DNA of 64,000 nt, taken from the NCBI GenBank assembly GCA_000091205.1, contig AP006486.2; one strand, written 5' to 3'. The translations under genes and the position numbers were made by a program. Below the pieces are notes generated by a model. It had not been told where the DNA came from. It ran no database searches and worked only from the letters and a program-made list of their open reading frames with translations. Positions 22,982 to 33,996 of this stretch are shown piece after piece; the first letter of the stretch is position 1, and the number at the start of each line of letters is the position of its first letter. The DNA comes from Cyanidioschyzon merolae. Lineage: Eukaryota.

Positions 22982-25317
22982 AACTGTTCCCGGAAGAGTG
23001 CTGTCGATCGACTTGACGAGCGCACAGCGGTGCATACTCGAAAACGATGCATGTGTTATCGAGGATTATGCTGCAGCGCCTATGAGCAGCCTGTGTTCTC
23101 GCGATAATCGCACTCTGAATGCTTCTTCATCTTGAAGGTGTATTTGGCAAAAAGGAAAACAGTCGGCGTTAAAACGCTCTATGAAGCGCACTTGTGCACC
23201 CGAGCTTGGCCCTGGGAGTTATCGTACGTCATCCTTATTTGTTGGCGTTGACAAGACGCCCACGAATATGTCAATTCGGGACCAGCGACGCACGACTTGA
23301 AACTTATCACGTTGAACGCCATTGCGTCCAAGGCGGCGATATGTTACGCGCCCAGCGACATTTTACGCTGTGCTGGAGGATGCTCGTGTCGATGGCCGCT
23401 CTAGGGCAAGCTTGTGATACATGCAACGTTCTACGCATTTTTTGTTCCACAAGTGTGGAACAGATGTTCAGTCTCATAAGCAGCTTCTCAACGACAATCA
23501 CGGTCGGTCTAGCTTTTCTGCACGTAGACTCGAGTTGTGTCAATGAAATGGAAATCTACTCCGATCCCTTGGAGTTCCAGTTCGTGTTCTCTGCAAGCGA
23601 ACGATGCGGGTTCCTCGTCAAACAACAGCGCTGTCGCCGAACAAGACGAGCGTTTGTTCGTTCGGTTGGAAGCGCTTTCTCGAACTCAAGCAATACTATG
23701 TTTCGATCGAAATGGTGCTCAGTCAGGAACGTTTCCCTGCTTGAATGCGAACGCTTTCAGTTGCGAAGCGTGTCTGTCAGAATGAGACGGTGATGCGCTA
23801 CTTGCAGCGCTCCAACATGCCAGAACAATGCGATATTCCAGCCGCTATCCGACAGAGTGCGCTTTTCGGGCATCCGATCGTCACCAAGCGAGAAATTATA
23901 GGCGAACTGGTCACCCAGGTTGCATCTTTCGTTGGAATCGGACCATTTGTCCGAGCGCGCCCTTCCATGAGCCAGGTTGCGAATATACCAGAATCAAGCA
24001 GCTCAAGTATCCACGCAGAAAAGCCCTATTTTTGCGGCTGTTGAGGAGCGGAAGACGGGCAGCGTGCACCATGGACTCGCGTCACAAGAAACAACGCTTT
24101 GGCGTCATATGCATGGTCGTCTAGCGAATCATGAATGTCGCCCGTCACCGACGAGCTTGCAGGGCATTGTATTGGAATGAGCGGAGCACTGCCCAAAAAT
24201 GCTGTCATGCCGTCAAACAGCGCAAGCGGTCCAACCGAGCGAGACGTTTTACTTTCTTTTACGCAGCCCGAGTGCACAGCGAAGCGTCGAGCTCATATGC
24301 TCTTTAGCTTCTTCAGGTATATGTACCTGAACATTTGCTGAGGCCCGCAAATGCATCGAATTCGACAGCATGTAGCAACTTAATGGAAACAGGATCTTTT
24401 TGGCTGTTGATCCATAGCAGATCCTGGAACTCCGGCGCTCTGCAGTGTTTCGGGAAGGCGAGACCCGCGCCATACTCTTGGAGGGTCGTAACCGGCGATA
24501 AGTTTTTTATGCTGCTGGCAATAGGCGTCCGCGCAGCTCCAAAGGTTCCGCCGCACTGTACATCGAAGCGCGCATCTGGGGCGACGTATTCCATGCAAGT
24601 GCCGTTCAAGAACACCTCACCGAACTGGCGCTCAGCTGTAGGTGCTCCGTGCAACGCAAGCCGCGTATGGGCTCTCGTCGCCGTTCGAGCTTAAGTATCC
24701 GACGAGCTTGCCGACACGAGTCCATGAAAACTGCGGATATGGCGCAAAGCTGGACGCCTTATGCACGCCGCAGAACGCACATGCAGGCACCACCCGTAAG
24801 GACTGTTTCGGAGCTTGCTCACAATCAGTTCACCCGAAGCGCTGTTAACAGCGAGCTCTTGTTGTTGCGCAATGCTGCCCGAGAAACAGCAGTCGAAAGG
24901 CAGAATCGTGGCGTGCTGGCGTTGTTCACATCCGAAAAAGCGCGCCTTCAGCTATCTTGGGGTGAGCGACCTGGGCACGTTTAGGCGTATCGTCAGCCTG
25001 GTGTGAACCGTATGCAGGCAGAGTTGCGAGTTTCTGATCGAATAATCGCTCGGATAGTGCCCTGTATTGGTTACGCACGGATTGAAGATGTCTGCTTTGA
25101 AAAGGAATCAAACAGCGCATGTCCTCACACGTATGAGGTTGTGAAACGCATCCGCGGAGACGCTTTCACCAAGAATATACAGGCGAAGAAACGAGGATCA
25201 ACGAAATTTGAATAGATCAGACTGAGTTTATACCTCGCCCGGGTTGATCACAAACACCAGATCCATCATAGAAACGCATTAACCTGAGGATGGCTCTTGC
25301 GCGCCGTCATCGGAGAC

Positions 25318-26778
25318 TCAGCTCGCCTGGGGCGCTGCAGCAGCCACAGACGCTTTGTGAGGCATTCCTGCGGCTCTTTCAGACTTGCGCAATCGGCTAG
25401 TGGAGTATTTGTAGGTTATGAGACGGAAAAAGTCACGCCATACGAGCTCGAAGAAAGTCGTCGATTTCTGGGCACCCTCGGCGCCGTTCAGCGCATGGTC
25501 TCTAATCTCGGCGAAAATGCGACGTGGCGACACGCACCCTAGGGCCAGCCATGGTGAAATTTTGCAGCTAAAGTCGGCACCGAGGTGCGCTGCAGCGCGC
25601 TCAACATCACCCCCGACAGAGAGCGCATGTTTGGCGTCTTGGACGTACTGCGCGAGCCGCTGCTGTGCCTCAGACTCACCCCCGCGGAAGTGATGCAGAC
25701 TGGAGCCCGCAGTGCTCGCAGACCCGTATTCCGGTGTCTTCGGGACTTGTCCCAGTCCGAGGTCCTCCAGCGTCGGCAGCGTGCCGTACTCGACATGTCG
25801 CGGGATGGCTCGGATTTCGTCCGGGGCGGCAAGAGGGTCACGAACGCGCGACTTGCTCTCCACAGCGAGGCGGTATTCAGTGTATACGTCGGGCGTCTCC
25901 TCAACAGGGAACGGCAGGTCCTCCACGGCATACAGTGTATTCGTCCAGAAGGGATGCACCTCTACCTTCATATCCTCCAGCTTCCTTGCTACAGCCTCTT
26001 CGCATTCGAGCTCCTCGTAGGTTACCTCCTGATGGTAAAATACCTTCTTAATCTCATACTTACGGCAAAGATCCGGAATAACTTCCTCGGGTTTTCCTAT
26101 GCGGATGAGCAAGTTGTTCCCTTTCTTCTTCAGTGCTTTGCGCAGGTCCGCTACGGACTCGATCAGGAACTTGGCGCGGTATCTTCCCGTTTTCTCAAAA
26201 CCAAACGAGGTTTTCCCAAACTGCCGCGGATCGAAACAGTATACCGGGAGCACGCTTGCACCCTCCTCTAGCGCAGCACACAGCGCGGGATTATCGTCTA
26301 AGCGCAGATCGGAGCGGAACCAAAGCAACACAGTGCCTCCGTTCTTCCCGCCGAATTCAGCGTTCCCTCCGTACTCCGAACCGATAAACTGGGGCGCTGG
26401 ATGCAAACTGAGCCTCTGCAAATTCCGCACTGCTGCGCCGCTTCCGAAATACTCGCTGCTGCGCTCGGCAACGCAGCCCCGCATGACCAACTGGTGCGTA
26501 CGCGAGGCCAGTTCCCAGTGCCGGTGCTCTCGAAAGTGCCTGCGAACGCGTCCACCAGCATGCCGGACCTGGTGCTGGCGCAACACCGTCAAAGCAGATG
26601 TTGTTGGTGAAACAAAAGCAAAGCCCAGAACCATAGTTTCAACAACGACGAAACTGTGTTTACCGACAGCACAGACCGGTAACCTCGACGCGTACTCGCG
26701 AACTTTCCGGTAGCGTAGCCCGTTGCAAGACGGCAAGTACGCACGACAGTGTCGCGAGGGGCGGCGTTCGCGCTGCAA
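25318..26778 (-). CDS. Cryptochrome-DASH / DNA photolyase: alpha/beta domain plus the start of the FAD domain, with the C-terminal part missing from this ORF
   Basis: It has 'GGTVLLWFRSDLRLDDNPAL', 'VLPVYCFDPRQFG' and 'FELVWRDFFRL' (photolyase/cry-DASH signatures) and a transit-peptide-like N-terminal extension. The ORF stops soon after the WRDFFR block, so about 200 aa of the FAD-binding C-terminus are absent. Confidence 0.75.
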   Translation of the reverse strand: MQRERRPSRHCRAYLPSCNGLRYRKVREYASRLPVCAVGKHSFVVVETMVLGFAFVSPTTSALTVLRQHQVRHAGGRVRRHFREHRHWELASRTHQLVMRGCVAERSSEYFGSGAAVRNLQRLSLHPAPQFIGSEYGGNAEFGGKNGGTVLLWFRSDLRLDDNPALCAALEEGASVLPVYCFDPRQFGKTSFGFEKTGRYRAKFLIESVADLRKALKKKGNNLLIRIGKPEEVIPDLCRKYEIKKVFYHQEVTYEELECEEAVARKLEDMKVEVHPFWTNTLYAVEDLPFPVEETPDVYTEYRLAVESKSRVRDPLAAPDEIRAIPRHVEYGTLPTLEDLGLGQVPKTPEYGSASTAGSSLHHFRGGESEAQQRLAQYVQDAKHALSVGGDVERAAAHLGADFSCKISPWLALGCVSPRRIFAEIRDHALNGAEGAQKSTTFFELVWRDFFRLITYKYSTSRLRKSERAAGMPHKASVAAAAPQAS

Positions 26779-27688
26779 TCTCTACCAGCATCATCTGCTC
26801 GACGGCGACGCCATCGCGGAGCGCGCGCGCGCCCCTGCGCAAATGTGGACATACGCATACCTTAGGATTCCTGAGGATTCGCGGGCTGCAACCGATCCCT
26901 GGAGCGATATTCGATGCCTGGCGCAGCGTAGCAAAGCGTACGAGCGCAGCATCATTTCAGCAGTGGCCAGCCATCGACAGTACAGCATCGGCGAACTCGG
27001 GTGCATGCTACGCCTCCGTTTACCTGCCCGGGGCTCGGGCGCTTGGCTTTACTCGAATACACGCAAGCAGCGATGCGCCTCTGTGGGCAACTTCACTGCG
27101 TTTACGTGTCCCACAACGCGACTCAGTCAGTGAAACAGCGCTCATGGAATGCTGCATTTGGACGGGGGCATGATCGCTGTCGTGCACAGTGGTTGCTCGT
27201 GCCTTCCGCGGTGCTATCTCGTGGATGTCAGGGTGCTGTAGAGAGAGAGAGGCCCCCTGTCAGGCGAGGTTCACATTCGGATCGAGCGTTTGCATGACAC
27301 GCCGATGGAGATTGCGCAAGAACGTGTGTCCCGTGTCTGGAGACCGAAAGCAACCGTGCGCCCTGGAATACTGACGCGGTGCATCAATCCTTCACCACAA
27401 AAATGCACTGGCTCCGGTCGCATGCGTCAAACAGCAAACACTGTCGCTAAGTACTCTACTCTGCAGCGCATGCAAACTACATCCAGTATCGATCGTGGAG
27501 TGCATCCTGTCCTACACGGACATCCAGACGTAATGCGTCTGCATTGCCCTGCCAGGTACATAACCTCTGAGTGGTGCTGCCAGAGAGCCGCGGCCGCGAT
27601 GCCCACCGTGCGCGCGATGCACGCCACATAGAGGGTCGATCTAGCATTCGACTATATGAAGCGCATTGATTTTACAGAGACTTGCCCG

Positions 27689-28462
27689 CTAGCCAGAGGG
27701 ATTTCGTGCTCGCCGCCTCTCGAGCATTTGCTGTCGCAGACAATAGTCGCGAAAGCGATTCAGATCCATGCGGATCGCCGTCTCGACAAAGTTCCGAACA
27801 ACGCCCGTTCGGAGAACCGCCGCTGCCAGCGGCGACATGGCATCGTACCGAATGTGCATGGTCAGTCTGGTGCATGGTGTTGATTCGATGTTCATAAAGG
27901 TGTTATCCTTCGCATCGTCGAAGAGTGCTGCGCCATAGTGCTCGAGGCCGGAGATGCTCCGCCACTCTATTCGTTGATTCGGAATGATGCGCGTATCGCG
28001 AGTCTTCCATTCCAGCTCCACGCTCTGCCATGAAAACTTCCACTCCACGACCCCAGGCTCCGACTCCGACCGCTGGCACTGGGCCAGCGAAGCCGACCAA
28101 TCCTTGACCCGATCGAGGTCAGCAAACAGCCGGTACACCAGCGAACGCGGTGATTCAATGACGATGGCCGCTTTCACAGCCACCCATGTAGCCTGTTGCG
28201 CCTCTCCGGGTGCAGGCTTCCCTGAAGCTTCCCCTTCGGCGGCGCTGCGCAGGCGTCTCTGCAGGGTGTTCGAGGCACGCTGGTTCGCGACTCGGGCTGC
28301 GGGCCTCGCCGCTCCCCTAGTCAGTGCGCACCAGCCGGGTGTTGTCGCTGGTGCGTAACCGCCAACAAAGCAGGCGTCCCTGTGCACTCTGAAAAGCTGT
28401 TTCGGTAAACAAACTGTGAACATGAATATGTAAGTCTTGGGATGAGAAAGATGCGCTCGCAA
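27689..28462 (-). CDS. SRPBCC (START/Bet v1-like; polyketide-cyclase/dehydrase-like) ligand-binding domain protein
   Basis: 'WVAVKAAIVIESPRSLVYRLFADLDRVKDWSASL...WKTRDTRIIPNQRIEWRSISGLEH...TRLTMHIRYD' is typical of Polyketide_cyc2/SRPBCC. It has a basic N-terminal extension. Confidence 0.5.
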   Translation of the reverse strand: MRAHLSHPKTYIFMFTVCLPKQLFRVHRDACFVGGYAPATTPGWCALTRGAARPAARVANQRASNTLQRRLRSAAEGEASGKPAPGEAQQATWVAVKAAIVIESPRSLVYRLFADLDRVKDWSASLAQCQRSESEPGVVEWKFSWQSVELEWKTRDTRIIPNQRIEWRSISGLEHYGAALFDDAKDNTFMNIESTPCTRLTMHIRYDAMSPLAAAVLRTGVVRNFVETAIRMDLNRFRDYCLRQQMLERRRARNPSG

Positions 28463-31400
28463 GCGCCCCGTCGCAACGAACGCAACAAAGTCGTAACCGT
28501 GGCGCTCGACGATAGCGGCAGCAACTTGAAAGCGCCGCCATTTAGCAGCTGAGGCAACATTTCGCCATTGGCGTCGACGGCGCTAGCGCGGAGTGGCTGC
28601 TACAGCCGTGACAGAGGAACATGGACTGTTGAGGTGCTCGTGCTGTTTCTGCCTAGATATTTTTTGCGAATTCTTCGATGTGCATCCGAGGCATTTAAAG
28701 CGCAGAAAGCATTGCTTATGGGATCATGCTCATTTTTAGGGTTCCGGGTGCTGTGTCGAGGTTGACGCATTCGGCGCTGTGCCGCAAGCACTCGCGACGT
28801 TACCGGAGTCAGGATGATGCGCGATACGCTCGAACTAGGGTTCGTAACGTAACTGATATGATAGAGGAATATCTACATAGAAAAGCGTCTGTTGTTCTCT
28901 CTTCCTGACGTGCAGTGTGCTCAGTGCATGCATTCTTCGCGTCTTCGATCACTGTATTTCAAGGCAACAGTGGGAGCTGTGATTCGCGGCGATCAATAAA
29001 ACATGTCGATCATTGACGAATTGTTCACAATTTTATGCCGAAATTTCACTCAATCTGTATCGTTAACCAATAAAATCTCTTCATAAAACAAATTTTCCTC
29101 TGTTTTTTCGGCATCCGCGAAATGGCGATCGACAGCAGCATGATCCCTCTCACGGGACATGCCTCCAGAGGTTCCCTTCTTTTCTCTGCGCACGAAACGC
29201 GTCTCCGACTCGGACCTGAGTCATCGCAGCAATCATTCCAAATGCAGGATTTGTCGCGGTTTTGCACGAACGGAACCGAGACAGATCCAGAGAGCTCAAC
29301 TTGTTATTCAGCCGTGATTGCATTTCGGGAAACGTTTCCTCACAAGAACATCGCGCTCGCCAAATCCTCTACCGAATGGAGCAGCGTCTGCTTGCACGTG
29401 CAGCGGACAGGGTACTCGACAAGGGGCCGAACAGAGGATGCCCATTATCTTTTTGTTCGGCACCGGGCATGGAAATGGCCGAGGATATCGAGGCAAGACA
29501 CGTGTACCTGTCAACGGCATGTATGGCGTGATTCAGGAAGCCTTCGCATGCCACATGGCAGTACTCGGAGGATAAGGCATGAAGGACGTATCGAAACACG
29601 AGACAACAGTCTCGTGTCATCGACTCGAAGAGTGCACCGAGCCTACGCGCGAGGAAGATGACGAGTGGCGCCTGAGACGTTGATTCTAGCTACATTTTGC
29701 GCGAGCAATGCGTCGAAGACAGACGGATGCCGGGAAGTCGGCACGTTGAACGCTGCTATCCACATCAATCAACTGCCGACGACGGAAGTCAATTTAGGAA
29801 AATGACCGACGTTTTAAAGTCCGGAGATAAGAGAAAAGAAAATAGGGCATTCGCGGACGAAGCCAGCAAAGAGTGGTATTCTTGATTGCACGAGAACACT
29901 TCAACTCGGGCGTGTACGTCCGATACATCCAAAAGCACTCTTTTCTTTCCATGCAAACATATGTGTAGGAATGTTAATCACTGATCCAAGGCGTTCGCGT
30001 CGCCATCGATGTGAGGTCCATGCACTGAATGGGATGTTTCTCTCGGCTGTACAGTAGGTCTGCCAAAGTGCACGCCTGTGCATCGCAACGAGGTGCGTTT
30101 CTGAGGTCACCAAAGCAAGGCGATTTACGAGCTTGCTGCGCATCTAGTCCTGTACGAATACGTCCCTGTGGCCTGTCACATATCTGGAGCGATAAAGCGA
30201 TAAATCTGGCGTGTGCGACTTGTCCATATTTTACGCCAGTGCGAGCGGTGAGAGTCGTCGTCTCCATTTTGCTTTCTGATTACGTGCATGAGACGACGGC
30301 CGCAAACGCCTCTGCAACATTTACTCGGTGTTGTCGGGCACCGAAAGATTCTAACAGACAACGTCTGCTTCTCAGAGCGTGACAGGAAACGAGTTCGGAT
30401 GTTTTGAGTTATCAATATAATCGCAGACCTTGAGAGCTCTTCCGATGAGGCTTCTCGCAGGGCCTCCCAGAAGGCATGATGCATGGTTCAGAAAATACGT
30501 CATCTACGGAAAGCGCCGGCCTCAGATCGAAGCGTCCGTCAATTATTCCAAATCAGCCGCATCCTTTGGAAAGAGTCCACGATATGCATGTTTGTGTTCA
30601 GGATCGAGTGGAGGAGGTCATTTCCAAACACACACCAGACAAAGTTCACATCATCGACTGATGAGCCTGGAAAGTAAATCAGCGTGTACGCAGTAATATC
30701 AAAAGATGAAAGGACACTAACCTTCAACTATTTACCAGGAGAACCGTTCGCGGAATGTATGCAAAAGTCTGCCCAAGTGAGACAACTGGACGTTCATGTA
30801 CTCCCTTACTAAGTCGAAACAAGCATGACCCTCTGCTCTACGCGATGCGCGTGACATCGATAAGGACCACGACGCCGTCGTCCGACTTGTCGAAATGGCT
30901 GCTTGCATCCATAAGGCTGTCTTCGGATGCTATGGAGCCCGACACAGATTGAGCAGCTTCATCTGCTTTGCTTTCTGGTCTTCGGCCTTGCCCTCTGGGT
31001 GCAGAGTCACGGCAGCGGCGAAGACGACCGTCACCTGGGCATCCATGCCATCCATGAAGTATTTCTCTTCTTCTATTTTGAATGGTCGAAAATATGTCTC
31101 GTTACATAACACAGACCTAGGTTTCACTAAGTTTGCTCCAACTGAAATTCCGCCCGTATTCGTTGTCTCTGTGAGCTCCTTTCCGGTTCCTTCCCGAAAA
31201 CAAGAAATCATGAATTTGCTTCATGAATACTGTTCATGAAAATTGTTCACATGATCCATACTCGCTTGTGGAAACCAGTCTTAGCTCGCTGAGGAGACCA
31301 TGCAGTATGGAAGTGTCGATCCAGATGTTATCGGTCTTGAACTGATACATGGGGACAACATCGAATAGACACTTGAAGAGACGATGGCGCTCGCATTCAG

Positions 31401-33996
31401 TGCTGCAATCTGCTTTGTTCCGAAGAGTGCTGTGCAGTTAAACGCAGTCGCGAGCAATGCTAGGAAGGCAGACACCACAACTCAAACATCCTGTAAATAC
31501 AACGTCCATAGGCCCGAGGCTGAGTCCAACACAAGAAGCGCGGACTCGGACCAGCAGCGACGATCGCGTTCGTTAGGACTCTTCTTCCGATCCTGCTACC
31601 ATCTCGAGATCATCCAGTAACTGCCCTCCATTTGGCTTCATCGGCACGTCAGTTCCCTTCCCCAATTCTTCGCTTCTCTGGGCCGGTGAAAAGAGTTCAC
31701 AACGCCCACAAACTGCGCTTCAAGACGAGCACGAGATTGACTAGCATTTGGTATATCAGGTTTCATTGGTGCTCTCTGGAATCTGCGCTGAGCATGGAAC
31801 TGTCGCCGCTGTGGCGGGGCGGCAAGTCCAGGTATCCTGGTAGGCGTTTGTACGAACCTTGGATACGACGATCAGGACGAATTGCATTTTTAGTCCAGCG
31901 CATCAACTGTGCAGCAGCCTGATGATCTTATCAAATGGTTCCAAGGGAATGCGGGCAGCGAGCACCACAGCGTCCAGAACGCGGACGAACCGTTGCTTGA
32001 CGAGGGCCTTCAAGGCGAGAGAGGCTACTTGAGCGTTCCTCGAATACCAGGTTACGTTATCATTTATGGCGTGTTGCGCCGGACTTTTTAGAAGATTTTT
32101 GCCGTTAATGTGTTTTCGTACAGATGCCTTTACGGCTGTTTCAGAATGGTCATTCTGTGTCTACAGTTTTTCCATGCTGGAACTCCTCGTCCTCTGCTCG
32201 GAAGGATGTTTTTCTTTATGGTCTGTGGTTTTTCTACTTTTCTTTTTTATTTGGCGGGGTGATGCGCATGTGGTCGTTATACTCCATATCCGTTTTTCCA
32301 CTTGGAATTTTGATGCATTGAGTGTACGGTGGTGCTGCAGCTCACCCAGTATGCCTGGATATGCATCACGTGCTCCTTAAAAACCTTTTCGCCGCCTGCT
32401 TCGTCGCGGGCACGCATACGAACAAAAGCACGCCTTTTTGATCCCTTCTGCGAACGCGCCGAAGAGCAACAGATCGATGAAGGCATTGCTCAGGTAGAGA
32501 ACAACTGCTCGAAAAGAGATTAGTCGAAGAAAGATGTCGTGGATGAGAATCATTGCCTACTGACCGACGAGTGTCTACGTTATGTTTGAGAACGAGGAAC
32601 TCGATCTCGACTTGATTGAACTGAGGAGGCTAGGCTAGCACGAACAGCAGCTCAACGCGAATCTAAGCTGCGCACTGCTTGGCCGCCTTTTTTTTTGAAG
32701 TGGATTATCGAAGCGTAGCACACTAGAATGTGTGCGAAGGAGAAGCCGCGGCGTGTCCACCGACGAAAGATGAAGTATTGAAAAATCGGGTTCATTTGGC
32801 AATTCGTAGGCGACCACACGAATGAATCGCTGTTGCAGCTGATGACTTTGTAATAATCTGGCTTCTCTCTTCTTTAAGAACTGCGGTTTATGCTTCTTAG
32901 AGTAATGATATAAAGTGATAGGGTTTCTCCCGAAGCTAGTCCCGTCGAGTGCGAAATTGATGGTTTACTGTTCAAGGCGCCACGTTCTCTCGTGTTCGTG
33001 AGCTTCTTACCATTGCCTATACGTATCGCTTCACCAGGATTCGTAGGAACAGTGCTAAAACTGCTCATCCTGCGCCATCTTTTGTGGTACCTTGTTGGAG
33101 AACGTTTGGAGCGGAATGGATTCGCAGCAATGGGACAGCAATGTCGACGGTGTTTGAAAATTTCTGTTTTTTAAGGTGCACAGCATCCAGAATATGCATT
33201 TCAAGAAGATTGGGTCATCGATCCGCTGCCCATAATGAGACTTATGTGTAGATGTAAGACCTTTTCTCGCTAGCTAGCAGAGCCAGCATATTGTCTCAAC
33301 GCGGCCGTTCTCTAATCCACGGGATGCATTTTCTCCTTGAACACCCACGGGAGAAACAAACAAAAATAAAAAGGACGCCAATGCATGCGTTCGGGAATTC
33401 ACCACTCTGAGTATAAAGCAGCGGCTTCGCCAAACGAGCTTGAAACCTGCTCCTGTTGGTAGTGTATTCGTTCGTTGCACGCGCTCCAGGTTCGTGGACT
33501 GATATTCATTTCGTCGAAAATGCATTCGAAGCATCTGCCGATGTCAGCTGGCTGCTTGCATTCCTTGGTCATTTAACTGGGATTACGAGCACGTTCGCTT
33601 TTTTCTGCTGGAGGCTTCTCTAGGAACTTTTGTATCGCCGGGCCGGCAACGCCGGAGCTGTCGCCGACAATTACTCTGTTCTGTCATCAGATCGTGTGGT
33701 CGAAGGAGTTGTCCAGTGACGAAGCTGCACGACAAAGCTTTTCAGCAGATGCATCACCGTGAACCGCTCCGACAAACAAGCTATACGAAGACGCAGCTGC
33801 ATCATCTGAAGAAACCGAGATACCGCTTCCACACTAGGGACGTCAACATAGCCCGAACAGTCTCATGACGCGAGGATTCATCCTGGCGACCTTCGTCGCG
33901 ATCACTCGACTCCTTGCTCTGGATACCACTGAGCTGGGCGCTGTTCGAGTCGTGCTGCCCAAACCGAGAACAGGCACACGTAAGCACACGTGCGAT

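Noticed and set aside
25585-26271. 228-aa ORF on the + strand (and several 100-200 aa ORFs at 25665-26713)
   Set aside because: It is antisense to, or out of frame within, the photolyase/cry-DASH gene and has no recognisable motifs.
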